This document shows positions 20,534-30,106 of a stretch of DNA of 64,000 bases, piece after piece. The stretch comes from an uncultured Chromatiaceae bacterium (GTDB taxonomy: Bacteria > Pseudomonadota > Gammaproteobacteria > DRLM01), in contig CALZJG010000122.1 of NCBI GenBank assembly GCA_945787555.1, forward strand, positions 5,674-69,673, written 5' to 3'. The position numbers and the translations under genes are program-made. How positions within the stretch are numbered: the stretch's first letter is position 1; every line of letters starts with the position of its first letter. Below the pieces are notes generated by a model. The model saw nothing but the letters and a program-made list of their open reading frames with translations, had not been told where the DNA came from and did not search any database.

Positions 20534-20610
20534 AGCAGGGAGGACACAGAGGAGCAATGCTCGCGTTCAATAGCACTCCAAATAATCTTCTCCGTGTTCT
20601 CGGTGGTTAA
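20534..20610. repeat. intercistronic inverted-repeat element, copy B (ureC|ureE)
   Basis: AAGCAGGGAGGACACAGA ... TCTTCTCCGTGTTCTCGGTGGTTAA; same arms as copy A with a shorter core. Begins 6 nt after the ureC stop. Confidence 0.6.
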
Positions 20611-20616
20611 TCATGT

Positions 20617-22320
20617 TCAAAACAAGAAATACCGCTGCGCCAGTGGCAACTCACTGGCCGGCTCGCATTGCAACAACACGCCGTCGGCGCGCACTTCATA
20701 AGTTTGGGCATCGACTTCCATCCGCGGCTGGTAATGATTATGAATCAAATCGGCCTTGCGTACCGCGCGCGTGCCGCGCACTTCGACCAGACGTTTTTGC
20801 AAACCCAGCGCCTCGCCCACACCGGCCTGCAGGGCGGCTTGCGAAACAAAGGTCACGCTGGTCGCCGTGAGCGCTGCACCATAGGCGCCGAACATATTGC
20901 GATAGTGTACCGGCTGTGGTGTGGGTATCGAGGCATTCGGATCACCCATGGGAGCGGCGGCGATCATGCCACCCTTGATGATCAGACTGGGCTTGGCGCC
21001 AAAGAAGGCCGGCTTCCACAACACGATGTCGGCCAACTTGCCCGCTTCGATCGAGCCTACTTCGTGGGCGATGCCGTGAGTAATGGCGGGATTGATGGTG
21101 TACTTGGCCACATAACGCTTGGCGCGATAATTATCGTGCTGCGCAGTGTCTTCCGCCAATGCGCCGCGTTGCGTTTTCATTTTATGCGCGGTTTGCCAGG
21201 TGCGTGTGATGACCTCACCGACGCGCCCCATGGCCTGTGAATCAGAAGCAATCATACTGAAGGCACCGAGATCGTGGAGAAGGTCCTCGGCGGCAATGGT
21301 CTCGCGACGGATGCGCGATTCGGCGAAGGCCACGTCCTCGGCGATGTTGGGATCGAGATGATGACAGACCATCAACATGTCGAGGTGCTCATCGACCGTG
21401 TTGATGGTGTAAGGCCGCGTGGGATTGGTGGACGAGGGCAGCACATTGGCCTCGCCACAGGCCTTAATAATATCCGGCGCGTGACCGCCGCCGGCGCCCT
21501 CAGTGTGATAAGTGTGAATGGCGCGCCCCTTGAACGCGGCAAGCGTATCTTCGACGAAGCCCGATTCGTTGAGCGTGTCGGTATGGATGGCCACTTGCAC
21601 GTCGTATTGCTCGGCGACGTTCAAGCAATTGTCAATGGCCGCCGGCGTGGTACCCCAATCCTCGTGTAATTTTAAACCCATCGCCCCCGCGACGACTTGC
21701 TCCTCCAACGAGGCGGGCAGACTGGCGTTGCCTTTGCCGAGAAAACCCAGATTCATGGGCAAGCCTTCCGCCGCCTGCAGCATGCGCTGGATATGCCATG
21801 GCCCCGGCGTGCAGGTGGTGGCGTTGGTGCCCGCCGCCGGCCCGGTGCCGCCGCCCAACATGGTGGTGACGCCGCTCATCAGCGCCTCCTCCACTTGTTG
21901 CGGGCAGATGAAATGGATATGCGCGTCGAGACCGCCGGCAGTGGCGATCAAGCCTTCACCGGCGATCACCTCGGTGCCCGCGCCGATGACGATGTTCACA
22001 CCCGGCTGGATATCGGGGTTGCCCGCCTTGCCGATGGCGGCGATGCGCCCATGCTTGATGCCGATGTCGGCTTTAACCACACCCCAGTGATCGAGGATCA
22101 GCGCATTGGTGATCACCGTATCTGCGACCTCTTGTGAGGCGCGCTGACTCTGCCCCATGCCATCGCGGATGACCTTGCCACCACCGAATTTCACCTCTTC
22201 ACCATAAACGGTGTGATCTTGTTCCACCGCGATCCATAAGGCAGTATCGCCGAGCCTAATCCGATCACCCACCGTCGGTCCGTACATTTCCGCATAAGCA
22301 CGCCGCGTGATCTTGCTCAT
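20617..22320 (-). CDS. ureC: urease alpha subunit
   Basis: 567 aa; active-site MVCHHLD, Ni-ligand histidines, HEDWG motif. Confidence 0.95.
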   Translation of the reverse strand: MSKITRRAYAEMYGPTVGDRIRLGDTALWIAVEQDHTVYGEEVKFGGGKVIRDGMGQSQRASQEVADTVITNALILDHWGVVKADIGIKHGRIAAIGKAGNPDIQPGVNIVIGAGTEVIAGEGLIATAGGLDAHIHFICPQQVEEALMSGVTTMLGGGTGPAAGTNATTCTPGPWHIQRMLQAAEGLPMNLGFLGKGNASLPASLEEQVVAGAMGLKLHEDWGTTPAAIDNCLNVAEQYDVQVAIHTDTLNESGFVEDTLAAFKGRAIHTYHTEGAGGGHAPDIIKACGEANVLPSSTNPTRPYTINTVDEHLDMLMVCHHLDPNIAEDVAFAESRIRRETIAAEDLLHDLGAFSMIASDSQAMGRVGEVITRTWQTAHKMKTQRGALAEDTAQHDNYRAKRYVAKYTINPAITHGIAHEVGSIEAGKLADIVLWKPAFFGAKPSLIIKGGMIAAAPMGDPNASIPTPQPVHYRNMFGAYGAALTATSVTFVSQAALQAGVGEALGLQKRLVEVRGTRAVRKADLIHNHYQPRMEVDAQTYEVRADGVLLQCEPASELPLAQRYFLF

Positions 22321-22634
22321 GATTTTTTCTCCACCGTGCCCATCACCCGGCCTTGAAAACCGTATACGCGTCGCTCGCCCGCATACGCCACCAACTCCAC
22401 CGCACGACGCTGACCGGGCTCGAAACGCACTGCCGTGCCAGCGGCGATGTTGAGGCGCATGCCACGCGCTTGCTCGCGATCGAAATGCAAAGCGTTGTTA
22501 GTTTCGTAGAAGTGATAATGCGACCCGACTTGGATCGGCCGGTCGCCGCTATTGGTGACGCTAAGGCGTAAAGTCACGCGCCCTGTGTTCAACTCGATGT
22601 CGCCGTCGGCGGTTTGGATTTCGCCTGGAATCAT
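22317..22634 (-). CDS. ureB: urease beta subunit
   Basis: Start MIPGEIQ preceded by AAGGAGAG SD. The longer ORF start at 22655 would place the SD inside the coding region. ATGA overlap with ureC. Confidence 0.88.
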   Translation of the reverse strand: MIPGEIQTADGDIELNTGRVTLRLSVTNSGDRPIQVGSHYHFYETNNALHFDREQARGMRLNIAAGTAVRFEPGQRRAVELVAYAGERRVYGFQGRVMGTVEKKS

Positions 22635-22857
22635 GTGGCTCTCCTTGGATGTCATATCCCACGCAAAGCTGCAAAGATAGCTCCGATTAAGATCGCCCGC
22701 TCATCTTTTCCCACATTGCGCCTTTGCGGTAAATGACCATGAAGCATATGTAGCCTGGATGGAACGAAATGGAACCCGGGTATTGCCGCGCGACGCCCAG
22801 GCGACACGCCTGGCGCAAGAAGCCATTGGGCGGCGCCCCATTCCCGGCCTTGCCTCC

Positions 22858-23160
22858 TCACACAATGGGATTGTGCACCGTCACCAGTTTGGTGCCATCG
22901 GGAAATGTCGCTTCCACTTGCACTTCGGGAATCATTTCCGCCACGCCGTCCATCACCTCCTCGCGGCTGAGCAAGGTCGCTCCGTGACTCATCAATTCCG
23001 CCACGGTTCGGCCATCGCGCGCACCTTCCAATATCGCGGCGGAGATGTACGCAACAGCCTCGGGATAATTCAACTTCACGCCGCGCGCCTTGCGCCGTTC
23101 GGCCAGCAAAGCGGCGGTGAACAGCAACAGCTTGTCTTTCTCTCGCGGTGTCAGCTCCAT
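22858..23160 (-). CDS. ureA: urease gamma subunit
   Basis: 100 aa [35 protein letters not shown]..., near-canonical UreA. Confidence 0.92.
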   Translation of the reverse strand: MELTPREKDKLLLFTAALLAERRKARGVKLNYPEAVAYISAAILEGARDGRTVAELMSHGATLLSREEVMDGVAEMIPEVQVEATFPDGTKLVTVHNPIV

Positions 23161-23418
23161 ACCTGCTCCAAAAATACGCCGTTGATCCGGCCATGGCCTA
23201 TGCGACCTGACCTCTTCACTCGCTCTCCCGCGGGCGGGGGCAAGGTCACCGAATGAATCTCAACCTTGTCGAGCAACATGGCTCCCTCCTTCGCCACGTC
23301 GCACCCGCCCGCGGACCAGGGGATCTTGATGACGCACAGTTAAGCCATGAGATTCTGCCAAGGTAGCTTGTAGACACGTTAGCGACGGGCCACCCCCACA
23401 TCCTTGTCATTAATCATC

Positions 23419-24273
23419 TCATGTCGCCCATATACGCGGCGCGCAGACGGGCCGTTGCAACACCGCGGGCCGCAGCACAGACCACGCCTTTTCGAAACAC
23501 TGCCGCGCCTCTTCGGCATGATCCCCCAGATAGCGGCACACCACCACACCGTCCAACAGCGTGACGCTGAACAAGCCCACCTCGAACCGCGCCGCCTCGC
23601 GCACTAGCTCAATGCACTCGGCTTCATTCGTGACGCAAAGCAGGGTACCGCTTACCGAGTGACCCGCCAACCCCCACGGCGCCGTGAGCACGGCGCCATT
23701 CTGCTCATAACGTGCACGCTCAATATAAAGCGGCAAACCGTCCCGCCATAACTCGAATCGCTGGCGCACGCCGCCTTGCTGAAATTTCTCGCCTGAACCC
23801 GGTCTGCCCAAGCACATTATTTCCCAGCCTAAGAAACCTGCCCCGGGCGCCAGCTCAACCAGTGTATTCAATTCAGCGCGCGCGCCGTCATAGACGATGG
23901 TTTCTTGCGGCAGCCACTCCAGCGCCGCGCCCGACGCCACGCGCAAGTGCTGCGTCTGCCGTGCACCCGCCCCCCCACTGCGATAAAACTTTCCGGCCGC
24001 CGGTGTCGTGAGCAGGGCGTGCGCGCCTTGAGCCACCTCGATATCGATCGACAATTCATCGCCGCCCACCACGCCGCCGGGCGGATGTAGCACATATACA
24101 TGACAGACGTTTTCGCCTTCGGGATAGAACGGCCGCTGCACCCGCAGTGGTCCATGATGGGAGCGATGCGCCAACACAGAACGGCTGGCGCGCGCTGCAA
24201 AGACCAGGCTCAAGCCGGCCTGCCATCCTGCGGCATGTGGGTGTTCACTTGCTTTTGCATGGGCGTGCAGCAT
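23419..24273 (-). CDS. ureD: urease accessory protein UreD/UreH
   Basis: 284 aa; UreD family (LHPPGGVVGGDELSIDIEV, GWEIMCLGR). Confidence 0.85.
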   Translation of the reverse strand: MLHAHAKASEHPHAAGWQAGLSLVFAARASRSVLAHRSHHGPLRVQRPFYPEGENVCHVYVLHPPGGVVGGDELSIDIEVAQGAHALLTTPAAGKFYRSGGAGARQTQHLRVASGAALEWLPQETIVYDGARAELNTLVELAPGAGFLGWEIMCLGRPGSGEKFQQGGVRQRFELWRDGLPLYIERARYEQNGAVLTAPWGLAGHSVSGTLLCVTNEAECIELVREAARFEVGLFSVTLLDGVVVCRYLGDHAEEARQCFEKAWSVLRPAVLQRPVCAPRIWAT

Positions 24274-24698
24274 GTCCCGTCCCCACCTTGAAAGCTATGG
24301 CATTTCGCGCAAGCCATGCGCCAACGACAAATGATTTTTCGCTCTATCTTGAGACGCGGCGGCTAGGTTACGGCACCAGCATGGTCTATCCCATAGCAGA
24401 CATTTCCGCGAGCGGGCCATGCACAACACCAATAAAGCACGGTGTTGCACCAAGAACGATCTCAACCAGGACACTTTCATCACCACCATGCGCATGTAAT
24501 AAATGAACGGGGAGGAAGCGCCTGCCTAGTCACATCCATACCGCGCTCGCCTTAAACGTCGTGGCAAAGCGCACGATTGCATCAATGGGATCACGGCATC
24601 ATGCCCCGGCAGCGAAACAGGCGGGACATACTGTCTTTGTCCTCCACAACCCGCAATCATCTCACTTGAAGCAGTGAGCCATGCGATTTGACCGGTAA

Positions 24699-25064
24699 CT
24701 AGGTGTTGTCCTTGATAGTGGTAGTCGCGCCATTGGTCATAACTGACTTAATGCCATCGTCACGGGATTGCGCCGTTGCGTACATTTGACCAGTGCCTAT
24801 GATCTGATGGTTTGCCGCTTTCAAATTAAAATAGTGCTTACCATTTGAAGACTCCTTTTTGTCGTAGCGATCATCCGCGGCACAGTTTTTCTGCACAGAG
24901 GCGATACCGTTCTCGGCAGATCCTTTAGACTTATAGAGTTCACTCTTTAAGATGGTCTCCGCATTGCCAGCCTTGAGAACGAACCGGAACTGACCATCAC
25001 TGCTATTACTCAACTCGTACCAACCTGCCATATCTTTCTCCTTGGTTGTGAAGGTGATTGACAC
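24699..25064 (-). CDS. YegP/DUF1508 (UPF0339) family protein, two tandem ~50-aa repeats
   Basis: Internal duplication GQFRFVLKAGNAETILKSELYKSKGSAENGIASV / GKHYFNLKAANHQIIGTGQMYATAQSRDDGIKSV typical of YegP. Lies in a ~48% GC block within a ~63% GC genome. Confidence 0.65.
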   Translation of the reverse strand: MSITFTTKEKDMAGWYELSNSSDGQFRFVLKAGNAETILKSELYKSKGSAENGIASVQKNCAADDRYDKKESSNGKHYFNLKAANHQIIGTGQMYATAQSRDDGIKSVMTNGATTTIKDNT

Positions 25065-25920
25065 TCAACGGCCCGAATAGCGGACCGTGCGCGACTGACG
25101 TCTACTTACCACGCGGCGTTGTTCGCGTCGGACGAACATGATAACTACCTGCCGATTTCAAGCAACCCTCCCAGCAAGAACGACCCGCACTCAACCTCGA
25201 GACACGCGCCATCAATACGGGTCATAACGATATTGATCCAGAGAAATTCATGGGTCACCTGGCAATTCTCCGAACTCAACTGATTCAGATGCCCCCCCTT
25301 GGCAACAAGAGGCCGGTAAGACAACGAGTCACAGCATATCACTAGATGCCCGGGGTCGGGCCACGCCCTGCGGACGCGCTTAGGCAGCATCGCGAAATCA
25401 CCCCGAACAGCATACTCCCGCCCGCTTGCGACGGCGGCGGCGGGAAACTACCCGCCGCCGCAGACAACATCTTGCACGCGAACCTTGCGCGCACGCAAAG
25501 CGAAGTCGATTATCCGATCAGCCGTTAAGAGAATTGATTTCCGGCTTATCCATGACGCCCACCCTCTGCATTGTCTCGCGCAGATCCTTGGACTCGACAA
25601 ACGCTGGCGCGCGAGCCATATCTCCCGCCGCGAACAAGAGCACGACGTCGCTGGGGCCATGAGCCTGGACAAGCGGGTCCGGCTATCACGGCAGCGCCGC
25701 TCTAAACGGGCCAAGCACGTCCAAACCGGCGTTGGGTAATGGCGCGTCGACCAGCTTCCGGCTCCGCCACCTCGTGATCATTCAATCGGGAAAATTGCTA
25801 AGCGGCTCCATTCCCTAGGGAGCAGGCCGAGATACGGGGACATGAGTCACACCCTTGTTACTCTCATCCAAACACTCGCCCTGTGAGGCGGCGAGTTTTC
25901 TGCAGACATCTGCAGGCTCA

Positions 25921-26292
25921 TCAAAACGTCCCTGTCTGCAACATCACCAAGGTGCACCCCTCCACCACCTCGACGCCCGCCTGCCGCAAACGCGCCTGCA
26001 GCGTAGGCGCTTCCGCGCCGGGGTTGAAGATCGCCCGCCGCGGACGCAGCTTCAAAACCGCTTGCGCCAGCGCTGCGCTGCGCGCGGGATTAACATAGAC
26101 AGTGAGCGTATCGACCGGTGCGACGATGTCGCCGAGGACCGGAACGGCAGGCAGGGATTCGATGAGCGCCTCGCGAGGGTGCACCGGGATAACGTGATGA
26201 CCCTGCTCCTTGAGCCGCCGCACCGCCAGGTTGGAATAGCGCTCTGGCTTGGGACTGGCGCCCAGCACGACGACGGTTTGCGAATTGCTCAT
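25921..26292 (-). CDS. CoA-binding domain protein (YccU-like)
   Basis: Start MSNSQTVVVLGASPKPERYSNLAVRRLKEQGHHVIPVHP, the Rossmann-type CoA-binding fold signature. The upstream part of the listed ORF is not coding. Confidence 0.7.
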   Translation of the reverse strand: MSNSQTVVVLGASPKPERYSNLAVRRLKEQGHHVIPVHPREALIESLPAVPVLGDIVAPVDTLTVYVNPARSAALAQAVLKLRPRRAIFNPGAEAPTLQARLRQAGVEVVEGCTLVMLQTGTF

Positions 26293-26657
26293 GAATGACT
26301 CCTCTGCAAAATGCGCTAGGGCCCACTGGATCCCGGCATCCGCACCCACATATACCAACCAATTCTGGCGCTGTGGCGGGAATATCAGATGACGGCGTTC
26401 ATGGCCACCCATGACATGCAAGAGGCCGTCACCCTGAGCACGCGGGCACTCGTATTCGACAAAGTGCGCCGAGACAACCAAAGCACCCGCCGCCTACGTC
26501 GCCACCCTAACCCACGAGATGCCCTTGCACAAAAACCCCAGCCACTTTCGAGGCGGTGCGCAGCGCGCAATACGCCACCGAGTGCTGGTCGTAGACCACC
26601 GCCTCGGCATGAATCCGGCGATGTACAATACCCGCCCCAGTCAGTTCGGACGTTCGC

Positions 26658-27860
26658 ATGATAGAAACCACGCGCTTGCCCAACGGTTTGACCGTCGTCT
26701 CCCGCCATCTCCCCGGCCGCCGCAGCACTGCCCTCGGCGTGTGGTTGCTCAACGGCGTGCGCCATGAAGCGGCTGACGCATCGGGTTACGCTCATCTGCT
26801 CGAACATATGCTATTCAAGGGGACCGCGGAGCTAGACGCCGCGGCGCTGGCGGCGCGCTTCGATACCATGGGCGGCCAAATCAACGCCTACACTGGCCGC
26901 GAATTGACCGCCCTGCACGGACTGGTACCGACGGCGGAGACCTTACCCCTGCTGGCGTTGTTCAGCGCCATGCTGCGCCAGCCGCGCTTCGAGGATCACG
27001 ACCTCGACATGGAAAAACAGGTGGTGCTGCAGGAAATGGCCATGGTGCAGGACAATCCCGAGGAGGCGCTGGAGGAACTGGCCACGGCGCGGGCCTGGGC
27101 CGGCCATCCATTGGGGAACCCGATCCTCGGCGCACGCGCCAACCTGATGGCGGTTTCGGCGGCGGACTTACGTGCCTACCTCAGCGCGCAACTGTGCGGC
27201 ACGCGGCTGTGGGTAGTTGCGGCGGGCGAGATCGAGCACGCGGACCTAATCGCCGCATGCGCCGACTTGGGGGCACTTCCCAGCGGCGCTCGCCCAACCC
27301 ACCGCCCGCCCCGTTTTCATCCCGGCCGGCACGAGCAACGCGCCGATTGGGAGCAAAGTCACCTGCTGTGGCTGCTGCCCACTGCCGGCTTGCAGGATCC
27401 CGATTATTACCGCCAACTGCTGGCCAACCAGCTGCTGGGCGGCGGCAGCGCCTCGCGACTGTTCCAGGAACTGCGCGAGCGCCGCGGTTTAGTGTATGGC
27501 ATACACAGCCGCCTGGAGCTGTACAGCGACGCCGGCCTGTGGCTGATTCAAACCGCCTGTGACCCCGCCCAACGCGAACTATGCATCGGCACGGTGAACG
27601 CCACCGTCACCCACTTGAGTACGGCGACGATCGCTCTCGAAGATCTGGAAATCGCCCGTCGTCATCTGCTCGCCGGCTTGGCCTTGGAGGAGGATGATCT
27701 AGAAGGCAGCATGGAACGCCTGGCGCGCGAATCCATCTATCTGGGTCGTCATCCCGGCTACGAGGAACGGGCTGCTGCCTTGAGCGCGGTGACTGCCGGC
27801 GACGTGGCGAACGCGCTGACCCGCTGCTGGTCTAGCGCCCTCACCCTCACAAGCGCCTGA
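26658..27860 (+). CDS. M16-family zinc peptidase (pitrilysin-like)
   Basis: 400 aa; inverted zinc motif HLLEH followed by downstream Glu; LPNGLTVV N-terminus typical of M16. Confidence 0.8.
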   Translation: MIETTRLPNGLTVVSRHLPGRRSTALGVWLLNGVRHEAADASGYAHLLEHMLFKGTAELDAAALAARFDTMGGQINAYTGRELTALHGLVPTAETLPLLALFSAMLRQPRFEDHDLDMEKQVVLQEMAMVQDNPEEALEELATARAWAGHPLGNPILGARANLMAVSAADLRAYLSAQLCGTRLWVVAAGEIEHADLIAACADLGALPSGARPTHRPPRFHPGRHEQRADWEQSHLLWLLPTAGLQDPDYYRQLLANQLLGGGSASRLFQELRERRGLVYGIHSRLELYSDAGLWLIQTACDPAQRELCIGTVNATVTHLSTATIALEDLEIARRHLLAGLALEEDDLEGSMERLARESIYLGRHPGYEERAAALSAVTAGDVANALTRCWSSALTLTSA

Positions 27861-27959
27861 CCCATATATGGACGGACCCCGCCCCAAGCAGGTATCCTGG
27901 ACCACCTTTTGGATCGGCCCGACGTAAGCACGGCGGGCGCCGACTCAAACATTCTTTAC

Positions 27960-28036
27960 GCGCCCGTAGCTCAGCTGGATAGAGTGCTGCCCTCCGAAGG
28001 CAGAGGTCGTGGGTTCGAATCCCGCCGGGCGCGCCA
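27960..28036 (+). tRNA. tRNA-Arg (anticodon CCG)
   Basis: GCGCCCGTAGCTCAGCTGGATAGAGTGCTGCCCTCCGAAGGCAGAGGTCGTGGGTTCGAATCCCGCCGGGCGCGCCA; anticodon loop CTGCC-CTCCGAA-GGCAG; near-identical to E. coli tRNA-Arg(CCG). Confidence 0.9.
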
Positions 28037-28658
28037 TCTCACATCACTATGCCGCCTCGGTGACACGCTTAAACGTACAGATCCACGCCGCGCGCCGATA
28101 TAGCCTCGTCCGTCGCACGGGCCCCGCGTCGTTCACTACGGCGCCGCTCACGCTGATTGCGGGTATCGAGCAGCACCGATGCGGCGCCCAGACGGCGCTC
28201 GTCGCAACGCCGCCGATCACCGCGCCGGCGCTCGGCCGCGGCCGAGTGCTCGGTTCGAGAGGGTGGTGACTGCGGGCGACGACCCGGCCCGATCTCGGGG
28301 TAAGGCGTCAGCGGCGCGACCGCATCGGTGACGCCGACGGCTCGGTTGGCATTGTGCAAACTGCGCACGCCCGCATCGTCACGGGCGAGAGGGTAGATGC
28401 TCATGGACGACATCACTCGCGAAAAAACGGCCCGGCCGCGACGACGACCGGATAAGCCATGGTAGACCAAGGTCCCGTCCCGCGGCAACGCCACGTCCAA
28501 GCCGGGCCGGGCTCGGCTCGGCTCGGCGGACAGAGCCAGGCAGAACTGCGTACAATGACTGACTTTTGCCGGCGCGCCCTTCAAGGGCGCACGCAACGAT
28601 CCGATAAACCTGATGGACCGATACCCGTCCGCTGAGAGACGACGCACGGAGACGCCTC

Positions 28659-29810
28659 ATGAAACGCCCCTCCTTTCTACGCCATGGCGCCCTGGCCCTG
28701 TGTTTGAGCGCCGGCTTGGTTGGCTGCGCGAGCATCGGCGGCGATCGTGACCCGCTCGACACCAGCGGCGGAAAATTCTACGCGCCGCTCTCTGCCGCTG
28801 ACTTTGCCCGTCTGACGGAACCGGAGCAGATTCGCTATTTCACTGACAACGTCTATCTAGCCGCCACCGGCAACACCAGCGTACGCGACCAGCGCGCCCA
28901 GGCTGCGCGCGAAGCATTGAAGCAATTGCGGGTCCAGCTTGACCAACCCAGTTTCGTGCGCTTTTGGAGCGGGGTGGACGGGGAATTTTTCGGCCGGGTG
29001 AATGCCGCCTTCGAAATACCGGACTACACCCGCCCGCAAGCGAAAGTCGACGGTCGCCGCGTGCGCACCGCCTATAATTTGGGCGCACGGCACTTGGCGG
29101 TGCTGGACAGCCAGCTCGGTGAGGCTCGCCGCCTCGCCATGCGACATTACATAGAACTGGCGGCCAAGAACGATCCCGGCGCCTGCTTCGGTTTTCACAA
29201 AGCCTATAAAGACTACCCCGATCCGCGGGTTGGCGACCCCACCCTGACCTGGGAGCTGGCGGAAGGCAAGCCGTTCCGCAAATCAATGTGGACCGGCTCG
29301 GCGGAGACTCTGCATCAAGGCCGACCGACCCAGATCGCCATTCCCGCCGAAGTCGTGATGGGTTGCCGGCGCATCCTGCATCCGCCCGCGGACATCAGCG
29401 CTGGATTGGTACACGAGATGGAGCAATTCTTTACGGATATCAATTTGATCGGCGGCTTCGACCTGGCCGGCTATAAACGACGCAAGACGCAGTGGCAGGA
29501 TGCATTGCGCGCTCAGGCACTGGAGGCGGCGCAACGCATGGGCCGCGACCGCATCATGATCATCAACGTGGTCAACGTTTATCAGGTCTTCCCGCCCGAA
29601 ATGGACTACGAATATGAGCTGGCCGTCACCGAGGGCACACTGCCGGAATTGGTGGCCTCGGGCATCCTCGAGGAAGAACAGGCCTTCAAGATCGAACAGC
29701 GGGTGATAGAGCGGCGTTTGATGCTCACCGGCATCCGTGTCACACCGGAACGCACCCCGCTGGCCTTTCTGCAACTGACCGCTGAAAAGGTCACCACCAG
29801 CGGCAAATAA
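28659..29810 (+). CDS. hypothetical lipoprotein, 383 aa, no recognisable domain
   Basis: Signal peptide with lipobox LVGC-AS; no catalytic motif recognised by eye. Candidate TACAAT -10 at ~28552 and GC hairpin in the 5-prime UTR. Confidence 0.6.
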   Translation: MKRPSFLRHGALALCLSAGLVGCASIGGDRDPLDTSGGKFYAPLSAADFARLTEPEQIRYFTDNVYLAATGNTSVRDQRAQAAREALKQLRVQLDQPSFVRFWSGVDGEFFGRVNAAFEIPDYTRPQAKVDGRRVRTAYNLGARHLAVLDSQLGEARRLAMRHYIELAAKNDPGACFGFHKAYKDYPDPRVGDPTLTWELAEGKPFRKSMWTGSAETLHQGRPTQIAIPAEVVMGCRRILHPPADISAGLVHEMEQFFTDINLIGGFDLAGYKRRKTQWQDALRAQALEAAQRMGRDRIMIINVVNVYQVFPPEMDYEYELAVTEGTLPELVASGILEEEQAFKIEQRVIERRLMLTGIRVTPERTPLAFLQLTAEKVTTSGK

Positions 29811-29887
29811 ATCCGGCGCGCGGCAGCGCTAAAAGATACTCGGCCCTCGACGATACTATTATTAAGTCATACGCCGAGGCTGCCATA

Positions 29888-30106
29888 TGAGTTTCGCCAT
29901 GCTAATTATGCTGCAAATCGCCGTTATAGGCGCCGTGGTGGGGTTGCTGGGCTTATTCGCCTACGACGACGCCTGCACCACCCAACAACGCGATGAGGAA
30001 GAGTTGGCGGAAGATTCCGACGACGCCATGCTGGCTTAACCAGCCGCTAGCGATCAGCCAGCGATCAGCCGTACATCCTTCGGCACACGCACATCCACCG
30101 CGATAG
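29888..30106 (+). CDS. small hypothetical membrane protein (72 aa); not in the supplied ORF track
   Basis: ATG at 29888 preceded by GAGG 9 nt upstream; N-terminal TM helix MLIMLQIAVIGAVVGLLGLFAY. The 3-prime end overlaps the convergent EEP gene by 52 nt. Confidence 0.3.

Noticed and set aside
22652-23194. 180-aa minus-strand ORF spanning ureA
   Set aside because: Out-of-frame overlap of ureA; ureA in the other frame has canonical sequence.
24274-24698. Sigma54 -24/-12 promoter for the ure operon
   Set aside because: The closest match (AAGCACGGTGTTGCA) has wrong spacing and is on the wrong strand; no confident call.
25145-25390. 81-aa minus-strand ORF upstream of yegP
   Set aside because: No RBS, no similarity, Cys/Leu-rich odd composition; kept as unannotated.
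28069-28647. 192-aa minus-strand ORF downstream of tRNA-Arg
   Set aside because: Extremely Arg/Gly/Pro-rich, no start context or domain; typical reading-frame artefact of GC-rich non-coding DNA.
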